Shown: positions 38,271 to 47,135, numbered from the stretch's first letter. The stretch: 64,000 bases of DNA from an uncultured Candidatus Saccharibacteria bacterium (GCA_964644035.1 CAZXUH010000001.1:259712-323711), one strand, 5' to 3'. Numbers and translations: made by a program. The notes: generated by a model not told the origin, from the sequence alone.

Positions 38271-38389
38271 GGGGTTCTTTTATATATTTTCTTAGACCTC
38301 CTAAATATTGCGTTGGTAAATTCGATTCCCCTTGCTTGGCATAGTGCTTTAATAGTTTGTCGCAAAGCTTTTGATTTTTTCTCGCTCAT

Positions 38390-38959
38390 TTATGTAAAGT
38401 TAGTTGCCTTCCTCTTGCTAAATAGTTTGCTGTCATGCTCGTAGTTATCTGTATTCAGGACGATCTTGTATGTCTCATCCATAGGAGCCTTTCCATTGTT
38501 GACGTGGTTGTGTTGAATCTTTGCACTTGGTACAAAGATAAGTTTGCCTTCGCTTCTAAGTCGTTCTGTAAACTCATTATCTGAGAAGTTGTGGATGTAT
38601 CCTTCGTGTAAGTATTTTCGTATTGTGTCTGTATGAGCTAAAGGATGTTGGCAAAGTTTTTCTCCATGTAATTCATTGAAAGGTTCTGCTGCACCGTCAC
38701 CTTTTGGAAAGGCGGTAATGAACGTATTCCAAAGATTCCAGAGCCAATCTTTCTCGACAACTGTATCGCTCCCTAAGACCACTACGTATCCGTTGATTCC
38801 TTGAAGTGCGTTATGAATTGCTTTTACCCAACCTCCATCTGCGTTTTCATAGATCACTACACAATGCTGGACGTTCTGTGTGTGTTCCTCGATAGATGCA
38901 AGTAACTCTTTAAGTCTTGGTCGGCGATCCTTGGTTGTTGGTATGAGGATATAGATCAT
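38390..38959 (-). CDS. Glycosyltransferase family 2-like protein.
   Basis: 'MIYILIPTTKDR' N-terminus typical of GT2-like enzymes; 189 aa. Confidence 0.4.
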   Translation of the reverse strand: MIYILIPTTKDRRPRLKELLASIEEHTQNVQHCVVIYENADGGWVKAIHNALQGINGYVVVLGSDTVVEKDWLWNLWNTFITAFPKGDGAAEPFNELHGEKLCQHPLAHTDTIRKYLHEGYIHNFSDNEFTERLRSEGKLIFVPSAKIQHNHVNNGKAPMDETYKIVLNTDNYEHDSKLFSKRKATNFT

Positions 38960-39537
38960 AGTTTGACGTATCTCTGTAAGAGAGTTATTCCATGCCTGAC
39001 TGCCCTGTTTGAGTGGAAGTGAATTTGCTGGAACTCTGGGTATGCTTCCTTGATCCAGTTAACGAATGTCAGTTCATCCGGACAGTGGACCCATTCTTTC
39101 TTCTCATTCATATGTCCGAACTCTGCGTTGAAGACATTGCCCCCTATCCATGTACCTGTGTCGTGGACTGCGATGATAGCCTTCTCAGTCAGATCAGGAA
39201 GCATCTTGATAAATGTCTGCTGGTTTAAACTAAGATCATGAGAAGCATCTAAGAAAGCAAAATCAATATTTCTAACATCTACCTCCTCCTGTGACTTGCG
39301 ATAGAAGTGAAAGCGTTGATCTGCGAATACTGGTTGCTTGGTGTTGTCGTAGCTGTGAAGTTCTGAATCGTGATCCATCACTTCGAGCATTTTCATTGCT
39401 GACTTACCCCAGAAGTGTCCAATCTCCACAACAATCTTAGGGTTAGTCATTCGTATCACTGCCTGTAAGAGAAGTGCATCCTCATCAAGTAGCGGCCCCA
39501 ATTCAATATCTCCAAAATAATTACTTCTCATCTCCAA
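38956..39537 (-). CDS. Class I SAM-dependent methyltransferase (Methyltransf_24/TylF-CmcI-like).
   Basis: 'VVEIGHFWGKSA', 'AFLDASHD' (DGDH-like) and 'IAVHDTG'. Pattern paralogous to 16339–16899. Confidence 0.45.
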   Translation of the reverse strand: MEMRSNYFGDIELGPLLDEDALLLQAVIRMTNPKIVVEIGHFWGKSAMKMLEVMDHDSELHSYDNTKQPVFADQRFHFYRKSQEEVDVRNIDFAFLDASHDLSLNQQTFIKMLPDLTEKAIIAVHDTGTWIGGNVFNAEFGHMNEKKEWVHCPDELTFVNWIKEAYPEFQQIHFHSNRAVRHGITLLQRYVKL

Positions 39538-40076
39538 GTTCCTTTGTATTTAGTTATTAAACCGTTATAGAGAACCATGTTCTGTCTTCCATGTTTTATT
39601 TCAAAGATTTCACTCTGAATCGGTAGTACGGGATCAAACTGTAAAGCGTTTGGATCAAGCTTTAAGTACTCCATGTTCCAATGATGCTCTGCGGTGATCG
39701 CTGCTTCCTTATTATCAATCTTTGGAATCCCTATAGCATCGAGGACAGACTTTTTATACTTTCCTAGATATGAATAGAAGCCGGGTGAGAGATGGACTGA
39801 GCCTTCATAGTCAAAGAGCATGTCGAGTAACTTTGGTTCCTTTAAGACGCACGTGTCCATAAGGTGAACAAATTCCGTGAAGATCTCAGCCCCACGCAGA
39901 ATTCCCCCAAGTTCAAACCCATTCCAATCATTGATAACGTTATACGTTCCTTCGATCTCAGGTTTGTATCCACCGTTGGATACAATAAGGACCGGATACA
40001 TATCAGGGATTGAATCAAAACATTCCTTAAGCCAATCTTTAGTATGTTCAGATGTAGTGATTACTATTCCTCTCAT
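39528..40076 (-). CDS. Hypothetical protein within the second glycosylation cassette.
   Basis: 182 aa with no motif. Confidence 0.3.
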   Translation of the reverse strand: MRGIVITTSEHTKDWLKECFDSIPDMYPVLIVSNGGYKPEIEGTYNVINDWNGFELGGILRGAEIFTEFVHLMDTCVLKEPKLLDMLFDYEGSVHLSPGFYSYLGKYKKSVLDAIGIPKIDNKEAAITAEHHWNMEYLKLDPNALQFDPVLPIQSEIFEIKHGRQNMVLYNGLITKYKGTWR

Positions 40077-40912
40077 TTTGTCTCTGCTCCCGTAAGGAGA
40101 TTAAACCATCGTGTTCTGAGTTTTTCGTATTCTATGAAGTAGTCTCCTTCCCCATATTTTTCATTCATCGATACTCCCCTTGCTTCTTTTTGTAAGTTGA
40201 TAAATGGATCACTTGCCCTGTTGTGATGAACTGTAGCGTATCCGGTGACAGCAGCCCAACCTCTCGCATCTATAACTTTCTTCACTTCTATACCACTCCA
40301 TATATCTGCAAAACGATTAATGTTTCCATACATAGGAGCTTGGTAGAAGTACGGTGTCAGTTCTCGCTTAAACGCCACGTTCATAATGCACATAGGAAAG
40401 AGTACTCCCTTAGGGATAGGCATTCTTCGAGGAGTGACCTCAGGTGTTCCGATAACTAACTGAGTTGAAGCATCGAAGTCTGCCACTCCTTTCCACGCAC
40501 CATGAGATAGGACACATTCTGATTCATCTCTGAGGCTGTAAGGGAAACCTCGCATAAATACTTCATGGACTGTATTCATCCATGATATAGGGTATTTCTT
40601 TGAAAGAGCATCTAGGTGATCTTGAATTGTATCCCCATCTGGCAGAACATCGTCGTCAAGGGAGATGATAATATCCGCACCATCTTTGTATGCTTGATAG
40701 AAACCAAGATTACGGACACCATCATTGAAGTTGTAGATAAGGTCCTTATCCTTCCCCATCACACTCTCAAGTGTCGTACCATTCACAGTTGGATTTTCTC
40801 CATCTTTGACAATGTACAAACTGACGTTATGTTTTTTGAATAGAGATTCCCACGCCTCAAGAAACTTTTTAAGCTGTTCTTCCCTAATCGTCGGTACGAC
40901 GACTGCTATCAT
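40073..40912 (-). CDS. Reversibly-glycosylated-polypeptide/UDP-arabinopyranose-mutase-like (GT75-like) protein.
   Basis: The N-terminus 'IAVVVPTIREEQLKKFLEAWESLF' matches the RGP family 'IVIPTIR...FLE.W..FF' signature, and a DxD-like 'LDDD' region is present. Confidence 0.4.
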   Translation of the reverse strand: MIAVVVPTIREEQLKKFLEAWESLFKKHNVSLYIVKDGENPTVNGTTLESVMGKDKDLIYNFNDGVRNLGFYQAYKDGADIIISLDDDVLPDGDTIQDHLDALSKKYPISWMNTVHEVFMRGFPYSLRDESECVLSHGAWKGVADFDASTQLVIGTPEVTPRRMPIPKGVLFPMCIMNVAFKRELTPYFYQAPMYGNINRFADIWSGIEVKKVIDARGWAAVTGYATVHHNRASDPFINLQKEARGVSMNEKYGEGDYFIEYEKLRTRWFNLLTGAETK

Positions 40913-41024
40913 TTACTGACAACTATCGCAAAGCGCTGCTTCCGCAGGATCGACAGGACAAACTGGCTGGTTATTGCTAACTGGATTTGATACTTGTGAT
41001 GTTTCTTGATTCATAAATAGTTAG

Positions 41025-41041
41025 ATTAGTGTATATATTAT
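41025..41041 (-). promoter_or_regulatory. Conserved phage extended -10 promoter, copy 6 (upstream of the GT75-like/glycosylation cassette 2 operon).
   Basis: Minus-strand reading is AAAAAATGGTATAATATAT (-10 = + 41027–41032). Confidence 0.5.
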
Positions 41042-41301
41042 ACCATTTTTTTATCTTTTTTCCTAAGACAAATTAGGCATATTTTCGAACCTTTTATAGC
41101 CACAAATGGGTTTCCACACTTAATACATTTTGGGTACTTCTTTTGCTTTTTCGTCACCACATATTCCTCTGGCGGTACAGGGTCCATGAATGGGGGTTTG
41201 AACTCCAGCAATGGTTTCTCAGGTACGATCTTAATATTTAGTAGGTACTTCTTTTTCATTTCAGTATCTGAGGCAATTCTGTAACTTTTCCTGTTGGCCA
41301 C
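41038..41301 (-). CDS. Small Zn-ribbon protein.
   Basis: C-terminal 'CIKCGN...CLICL' CxxC pairs. Confidence 0.3.
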   Translation of the reverse strand: MANRKSYRIASDTEMKKKYLLNIKIVPEKPLLEFKPPFMDPVPPEEYVVTKKQKKYPKCIKCGNPFVAIKGSKICLICLRKKDKKMV

Positions 41302-41990
41302 TTACCACAATTAATACACCAGTACTTCTGACGTGTTCCACTGATTGTTTTGAATGTACCTCTTTTCTGTAGTCGATCACTTCCACAATTAGGGCAGCAA
41401 TCTAACTGGTACAAGCGAGGATGGTTCTTGATCCAAGGACGAAGCTGTTTGTAGACCAATTCAAGTAACACCACATCTTGCTTGTTATACTTGACCATCT
41501 TTCTCCAAGATTCACTGTCACCATCCATACATCCTTTCCAAAGTCCAAATCCACCTGTTTCGTATTTCCTGCCGATTCCCAAATAATCCCCCAGATCATC
41601 CAGCTTGTTTGAATTAAACTTAAAGTTGTTTCTGGCTACCTTTAGAGTATCTACTGTCTGATACGGTGAAGGAGGTGTTAGGCCAGCTTTAGCGAAGAAA
41701 GCATTTACCTTCTTAATGTCGAAAGCGTCTCCGTTGTGAGCAATAACTACGTCTGCTTCATCGAGCAAGTCCCAAAGTTCTTTTATAAGTTCCTTGTCAT
41801 TGAATTTGTCCTTCTTGTACAGAGGAAAGTCTGGGAGTGAACGAGCGTGTACAAACTTTTCATCAAGCCATTTATAAGCGAATGAAAGCATACTGCCCTG
41901 TCTTACGTACTGGAGTACGTCCTGTTCATACTTACCCCAGATGTATCCTAAATTTGGTGATGTCTCTATGTCGAATAATAATATCTTCAT
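41256..41990 (-). CDS. DEDDy-type 3'-5' exonuclease (DnaQ-like) with a C-terminal zinc ribbon.
   Basis: Exo I 'LLFDIETSPN', Exo II 'VIAHNGDAFD' and Exo III 'YNKQDVVLLELVY'. C-terminal 'CCPNCGS...CINCGK'. Confidence 0.7.
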   Translation of the reverse strand: MKILLFDIETSPNLGYIWGKYEQDVLQYVRQGSMLSFAYKWLDEKFVHARSLPDFPLYKKDKFNDKELIKELWDLLDEADVVIAHNGDAFDIKKVNAFFAKAGLTPPSPYQTVDTLKVARNNFKFNSNKLDDLGDYLGIGRKYETGGFGLWKGCMDGDSESWRKMVKYNKQDVVLLELVYKQLRPWIKNHPRLYQLDCCPNCGSDRLQKRGTFKTISGTRQKYWCINCGKWPTGKVTELPQILK

Positions 41991-42016
41991 TTTTCATGGC
42001 CCCGTTTTTGTTATGT

Positions 42017-42337
42017 TTAATGTTTCTTCTTTAACAGATTGAAGTCTGGATAAAAGTAATCTCTGGTCTGCGTAACCCACTTGATCTTCCTGCAGTAATC
42101 ACACTTACCTTTATAATAGGTAGATAGATCAAACTTTGCTCTCTTAGGTTCTTGGCCGTGGTCCCTTAGGTATGTTAGGCGGTTAGCTTCAATACCGCAA
42201 TCGTCACAGACAATGGTAATGATCGAATCGGTATTGTTTGAATCCAATTCCCTTCGCATCTCCCTTTCTTTGAGGTCAGCCTTTATGACTTGGTGCTCGA
42301 AGATTGCATCTTTCTTTTTCTTATTTGCCTTTTTCAT
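42017..42337 (-). CDS. Hypothetical Zn-finger protein.
   Basis: 'CDDCG...C..C' motifs in a basic 106-aa protein. Confidence 0.3.
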   Translation of the reverse strand: MKKANKKKKDAIFEHQVIKADLKEREMRRELDSNNTDSIITIVCDDCGIEANRLTYLRDHGQEPKRAKFDLSTYYKGKCDYCRKIKWVTQTRDYFYPDFNLLKKKH

Positions 42338-42527
42338 CGTTTTTCCGTTTGATTATTTCTTTCTCGAGGTTTCGAAACTCCTGCTCGTTGAGATGTATGG
42401 TCGTGGAGGAACAGTCGTACGAAAGTGCGACTCGCTTCCTGTAAAAATTGATATTAAACACCCTGGAATCAACAACATTGTTCTTGAGCGTCACAACCTC
42501 ATCGATCTCTATTAAATTATCATTCAT
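42321..42527 (-). CDS. Hypothetical protein.
   Basis: 68-aa ORF. Confidence 0.2.
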   Translation of the reverse strand: MNDNLIEIDEVVTLKNNVVDSRVFNINFYRKRVALSYDCSSTTIHLNEQEFRNLEKEIIKRKNDEKGK

Positions 42528-42802
42528 ACCTTGATATTTACCTTAGCTAATTCCACGTCCATATCATCGACTGATATGTCTATGCCATGATACTCGTCCT
42601 TAGTGATGATCGTGGCGTCAAACAATCCCAGCTTTTCCGCCCATTGCTGAGCGTATTCGACACCTCCCCCTGACCATACATACATATGACAACCATGAGA
42701 CTGGAACCATCTGTAGAGGTCCAGCACGTCGTGTCTAGGCACTTCTCGGCCAGTGATTCCTTTCTTTATAAGAGTTGAGTCAACGTCAAATGCTATTCTC
42801 AT
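42524..42802 (-). CDS. Small HAD-like hydrolase-related protein.
   Basis: N-terminal 'IAFDVDSTL' DxDx[TS] phosphatase motif I; only 92 aa, so possibly a truncated or minimal HAD. Confidence 0.35.
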   Translation of the reverse strand: MRIAFDVDSTLIKKGITGREVPRHDVLDLYRWFQSHGCHMYVWSGGGVEYAQQWAEKLGLFDATIITKDEYHGIDISVDDMDVELAKVNIKV

Positions 42803-43028
42803 TTTTTATCCCCTTGTGTTTATCCGAACATTCCTGACACCAAGCCGATCCATTTCTCCTTTGGTTTTTACACCCTGAGTTTTTGGGGGTAAAAATATAG
42901 ACGGAGTTTTTTTCATCATCCTTAGTAAGCTCAAGTTCAAAGAAACCATTTTTACAAATTATATTCTTTTGAACACTCAGATCATGCCAACCTTTCTTTT
43001 CTGCTAACGTTCTTTGATACGATTCCAT
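42786..43028 (-). CDS. Hypothetical Cys-containing protein.
   Basis: 80 aa with 'CKNQ...CQEC'. Confidence 0.25.
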   Translation of the reverse strand: MESYQRTLAEKKGWHDLSVQKNIICKNGFFELELTKDDEKNSVYIFTPKNSGCKNQRRNGSAWCQECSDKHKGIKNENSI

Positions 43029-43031
43029 AAT

Positions 43032-43313
43032 TTACATGTTTTTTCTTAATCCGATACTCTTAAGTGTCCCCAGAATCCTTTTTATTTCTTTCGACATTCT
43101 AATAGGAACGTAAGGTGCGAAATGGATTGTTCTAGTTCTATCTGTAAAGAGGTCATAGTGAAGATTTATTCCTTTAGAATCTTCGATATATGCATGAAAC
43201 CTACCATCTCGATCCTCACGAATATAATCACCCCTTGATGACTTTTTTCTGTAACCAACAATTCTTAGGGCAGTAAGTGCATTAACTTTGTACTTCTCAA
43301 GTCCAACTCGCAT
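43032..43313 (-). CDS. Hypothetical protein.
   Basis: 93-aa ORF. Confidence 0.25.
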   Translation of the reverse strand: MRVGLEKYKVNALTALRIVGYRKKSSRGDYIREDRDGRFHAYIEDSKGINLHYDLFTDRTRTIHFAPYVPIRMSKEIKRILGTLKSIGLRKNM

Positions 43314-43314
43314 G

Positions 43315-43647
43315 TTATCTACTTATTTTGTTATTAACGTACTCATAAGCTGCTATGTTGAAGAAGACTGCTGCAGCGTGATCCTCGTCTACATCTCCTT
43401 CTGCCCACTGGAAGAAGTGACGGTAGGCTGATGCCCTAAAACGATTCATTTCTTCTTCTGAGTTGGCCAACTGCCAATTCCTTTCCCCGTACTTCACTGC
43501 GCCTCTAGCATAGAGTTCAGCAATCCTTTTAAGCATAGGGACCGGAATAAGATCGTAGCGAGGTTTATCATCTGCCACATCACGATTCATCCCAGACTCA
43601 AACTTCACACGTTTTCCAGAATCCTTAGTTAGATACGTAGTAGGCAT
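43315..43647 (-). CDS. Phage-associated protein resembling the N-terminal domain of dATP/dGTP diphosphohydrolases.
   Basis: 'RYDLIPVPMLKRIAELYARGAVKYGERNW' matches the conserved RYDLIP...GA.KYG..NW core of that domain family. Recalled from memory, not searched. Confidence 0.35.
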   Translation of the reverse strand: MPTTYLTKDSGKRVKFESGMNRDVADDKPRYDLIPVPMLKRIAELYARGAVKYGERNWQLANSEEEMNRFRASAYRHFFQWAEGDVDEDHAAAVFFNIAAYEYVNNKISR

Positions 43648-43828
43648 AACTCCTTGGTATTACTTTGTTAATTTTTCCTTTCTTTAAACCTTGACCACAA
43701 TCAGGACAACCCTGTCCTCGACACGCAAGCTTCCAACAATTACAGATAAACATCACGCCTTCCTTTTCTTTAGACTTCAGAGATAATATTGGAGATTTTT
43801 TCTTTGTAATAATTAATTTTTGACTCAT
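43625..43828 (-). CDS. Small Zn-ribbon protein.
   Basis: 'CNCWKLACRGQGCPDCGQ'. Confidence 0.25.
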   Translation of the reverse strand: MSQKLIITKKKSPILSLKSKEKEGVMFICNCWKLACRGQGCPDCGQGLKKGKINKVIPRSYAYYVSN

Positions 43829-44192
43829 ATTCTAATTGGGTAAATTCTTTTGTAATCTTTCCCTTGTATTGATTATCTTTGAACCTTTCGTACAAGGAAT
43901 CTGCTGTACCTTCTCCAAACCTCCTATCAAGCTCATACTTGTATCCGACAGAAGCATCTGGGGTCCATTTAGGGTTATTACACCTTTTGCACTGTGCGTT
44001 GACATTCTTCTCGTCAAATAAAAGACCAAACCCACAATGACCTGCCGCAATATAATGACCAGCATCACAGAGTTTCCAGTGAGCTAGGGGCAAACCACAT
44101 GAGACACAAGTCCCATACTTGTAGTAGTCACGCATCCGGATGAACTGACTGAACACTTTCCAGAACTTTCCTTTATTTCCTTTGTATCTCAA
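43770..44192 (-). CDS. NinG/HNH-like zinc-binding nuclease-related protein.
   Basis: 'C.SCG...CDAGHYI.AGHCG...DEKNVNAQCKRCN' Cys/His pattern resembles NinG-type recombination proteins/HNH nucleases. Confidence 0.35.
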   Translation of the reverse strand: MRYKGNKGKFWKVFSQFIRMRDYYKYGTCVSCGLPLAHWKLCDAGHYIAAGHCGFGLLFDEKNVNAQCKRCNNPKWTPDASVGYKYELDRRFGEGTADSLYERFKDNQYKGKITKEFTQLEYESKINYYKEKISNIISEV

Positions 44193-44533
44193 TCAAGTCT
44201 GGCTTTAATATTTTCAATAGCTTTATTCATATTTTCTCGATAGAAGACTTCAAACTCACCTTTCTTGCCCTCTTGCTGCCAGAGAATGAATAGGACACTC
44301 CTAAGCCTTTTACTCGGTGTCTTTTGACCTTCATCTGCATCCTCTTTTGGTAGGTCTGCTGAGGAGAAGGTATTTTCCTTGAAACAGAGATACCCAAACT
44401 TCCCTTGCCTTCGTTTAAGTTCAAGAAAGTCTGTATCTGATAGTTCGTTAGTGGAGAAACTGATACCTGCGCTTCCGTCCGCCTTCGAGGAGAACCGATC
44501 AAGTGTTGCTGGTACTTGAAATGTCTTGTCCAT
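44189..44533 (-). CDS. Hypothetical protein.
   Basis: 114-aa ORF. Confidence 0.3.
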   Translation of the reverse strand: MDKTFQVPATLDRFSSKADGSAGISFSTNELSDTDFLELKRRQGKFGYLCFKENTFSSADLPKEDADEGQKTPSKRLRSVLFILWQQEGKKGEFEVFYRENMNKAIENIKARLD

Positions 44534-44534
44534 G

Positions 44535-44747
44535 TTATTTAGTTATGTACTCCCATACTTTCACAATGAGAGCCAACACTAGAAAGACAGCTATCAGACC
44601 AGCTACCGCCATTAACGGAAGAAGGATTGGTGATAGGACCCAAAACCACGACCACTCCACTACTCCGCAGAGTTTTAGGCCTATGAACAGTATTGCCAGA
44701 AAACCTAGAAAGCTTGGCGTATTATTTACACCTCGGTTGTTTTCCAT
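44535..44747 (-). CDS. Small two-TM membrane protein.
   Basis: 70 aa with two hydrophobic helices. Confidence 0.3.
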   Translation of the reverse strand: MENNRGVNNTPSFLGFLAILFIGLKLCGVVEWSWFWVLSPILLPLMAVAGLIAVFLVLALIVKVWEYITK

Positions 44748-44749
44748 GA

Positions 44750-44956
44750 TTAGAGTATTTTTCCAATAATAGCCTCTACATGTTCACGCTCCATTGTGTT
44801 CTTTTCGAGTTCAAACTTTACATCCAATGCTTCGTGTTCATCCTTGATATGACTCTTGAGAGTTGCGACCTTTATATCGAATGCTTTTTGTGCGTCTGCG
44901 ATCTTTTCTTTTATTGCCGCCATTACTGCCTTATATATTGTGCTTTTACCGAACAT
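44750..44956 (-). CDS. Hypothetical protein.
   Basis: 68-aa helical ORF. Confidence 0.25.
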   Translation of the reverse strand: MFGKSTIYKAVMAAIKEKIADAQKAFDIKVATLKSHIKDEHEALDVKFELEKNTMEREHVEAIIGKIL

Positions 44957-44960
44957 ATGT

Positions 44961-45245
44961 TTATTTGTTAGCTTTATTAACTTTTAAACCTGCTTTGTTT
45001 CTTAAAATCCCCATAAAGTACTTGAACGAATTTGTTCCTCCTATCTTGAGCCACTTCTGGTATGCAATCCAACTGTCTCTGATTAGCGGGACTGAGAACT
45101 CTTCTTTATAAAAAAGTCCCCAAATCTGTGACGGCCGTGTATTTGTGAAATGGTCTTGCAGTTCTTTACCTAATGATTGAAACTCGTGCATTTCCTTCTG
45201 TGACACCGAAAACTTACGTAGATACTCGTCTGCCTTAATGTCCAT
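44961..45245 (-). CDS. Hypothetical protein.
   Basis: 94-aa ORF. Confidence 0.3.
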   Translation of the reverse strand: MDIKADEYLRKFSVSQKEMHEFQSLGKELQDHFTNTRPSQIWGLFYKEEFSVPLIRDSWIAYQKWLKIGGTNSFKYFMGILRNKAGLKVNKANK

Positions 45246-45295
45246 TGCTTTATAACGGAGCGTTAGGTTAGTTGGTAATCCCGATTTTTTACAAA

Positions 45296-45538
45296 CTACT
45301 TCTTTACTTTTATATCCATCAATCCCAAAAGTTTATCTGCGCTATAATCACCATAAACTGCATCTGTGATGTGTCCGTAATAATCAATTCCTAAATCTGG
45401 TTTCTCTTTAAGAACTTCTGCAATCAACTTTTCGCATTCTTTTAGTTTTTCATTTTGCATTCTCGCAATCGCAATCACACCGACTATAACTAAATAATCC
45501 TTCTTGCTTATCGTGCTTTGTTTTTTGACTTTATTCAT
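45296..45538 (-). CDS. Hypothetical protein.
   Basis: 80-aa ORF. A degenerate promoter-like TGGTcGATAATTA sits just upstream at about 45555–45575. Confidence 0.3.
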   Translation of the reverse strand: MNKVKKQSTISKKDYLVIVGVIAIARMQNEKLKECEKLIAEVLKEKPDLGIDYYGHITDAVYGDYSADKLLGLMDIKVKK

Positions 45539-46519
45539 TTACAATCTTATTTTTTCATTTTGTAATTATCGACCAAGGCGCACTCCCCACTTTTCCTTCT
45601 GATAACCAATATGAGGCCAAATACTTACTGCTCTATATCTCTACTTCTTCCTCTTATATCTAGAATAAAAAAGGCGCAATTTATTTTTTTAAGATACAGA
45701 TCAGACGGCTCGGACAGAGTGGTCAACTGTTTTACCGAGCTTTCGCATCAATACCCTAAAAAAACTTTTGTTTTACAGACATTTTTGTTTGAGATGAACA
45801 AGGACCGTGGGGTGAGCTACTCTCCCCTTTCTTAAGCACCGGTTAACGCCGAAGCGTAAAGGACTTATACCTTTAGTGCTATGCATGGCTCAATGCACGG
45901 TCTTTATTCACCTCACGGAGATACACCTGACTACTCCGTTCGTATTTGACAATGTGCCTTGATAGGCATGTGTGACCCGTAAACTTTTACTGACCCCGTA
46001 TACAAGGCGTGGAAGACTTTATGTTCGTCTACCAGTTGACGAGTCGCATCTGCTTACCAAGTTCCGTTTTCACGGGTGCTATGGATAGGAGTCGAACCTA
46101 TCTTTGACCACTCACAGCGGGCGGGGTTTTTGTCCTGATCCGTCGATCAGATTTTGTCCCCCTCAAAACGATAATGGTCTCTATTGTTCGGCTGGTTGTA
46201 CTACCAGCTAAGACTCTCCGATCTTCTGAACTCGTCGGTCCTCGGAGCAATAAAGATGCCCTCACGTCGACTTTTTGATGTACTTGTTGCTTTTCTTCTT
46301 CTCCCTTAGACTCACTATTTGTCCATAACTCGCAAGAAGAAGACCGTCCATTCTTTCGGCTATAGCTTCTGAAAATTTGACATGGAAGCCAACAAGTGAC
46401 TGGTACTTAACCGCCAGCGACTCCTTCTTTGGCTTCCTTCTCCTTATTCTTGTTGCCATAGTTTGAGAGCTAAAGCCCTCATCTCTACCCCCGTTCTCGC
46501 TAGGGGCAGGATGATGGTT

Positions 46520-47131
46520 CTAGAAAGGTATATCGTTAGGATCGATTGTCGCTCCGGACACAGCATCCTTTGAGACAAATCGTGCTTGGTATTCCTTAGA
46601 AGACTTGATCTTCTTCTGGATGAACTCGGGCAAGTTAGTAAAGATGTCCTTATCCCAATGACTGAATGAGAGTACTTTGGGAGCATTGAATGCTGGAGGA
46701 CATACTTGGTCATCCATGAGAGGCATAGCACCTTCAATGTTTGCGTATGTCTTCTCACCCTTACTTTCGTGGACCACACGAATGAGGCAGGCCTTTCCTA
46801 CCACATCTTCTACATCAAAGGCATAGGCTTCATCTTCTGTGAAATGAACGTCTAACATTCCTTCAATAAACTTTCGGAGGTATGCTTTCTCACCCATTGA
46901 TAGTGTGAACTCAACTGAAATAACCATAGGCTTCATTTCTTCCTTTTCTCCAAACGCTTTAAGCTTTGTAGGAAGTTCAAATCCTAGTCTGATTTTGTAG
47001 TATTCTTTTGGCTGACCTTTCCATTCACCCTGAACTGTTCCAATGTTAATAAGTTCAAAGCATCGAGCCATGTGTGTTCCTTGTGGAACTAACTCATATG
47101 ATTTTTCTGGTCTTGGTGCGTGCGTAGGCAT
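46520..47131 (-). CDS. Hypothetical early protein (possibly an ssDNA-binding/annealing accessory protein).
   Basis: 203 aa with no confident motif; it is the first sizeable gene at the right (early) end. Confidence 0.3.
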   Translation of the reverse strand: MPTHAPRPEKSYELVPQGTHMARCFELINIGTVQGEWKGQPKEYYKIRLGFELPTKLKAFGEKEEMKPMVISVEFTLSMGEKAYLRKFIEGMLDVHFTEDEAYAFDVEDVVGKACLIRVVHESKGEKTYANIEGAMPLMDDQVCPPAFNAPKVLSFSHWDKDIFTNLPEFIQKKIKSSKEYQARFVSKDAVSGATIDPNDIPF

Positions 47132-47135
47132 GTTT

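Noticed and set aside
46060-46110. A tRNA or tmRNA 3' end on the minus strand (GATAGGTTCGACTCCTATC).
   Set aside because: The acceptor complement (GCTATGG) is absent upstream and the 3' end reads ACCC not ACCA. It cannot be completed into tRNA or tmRNA by eye, so it is kept as a low-confidence structured-RNA hint.
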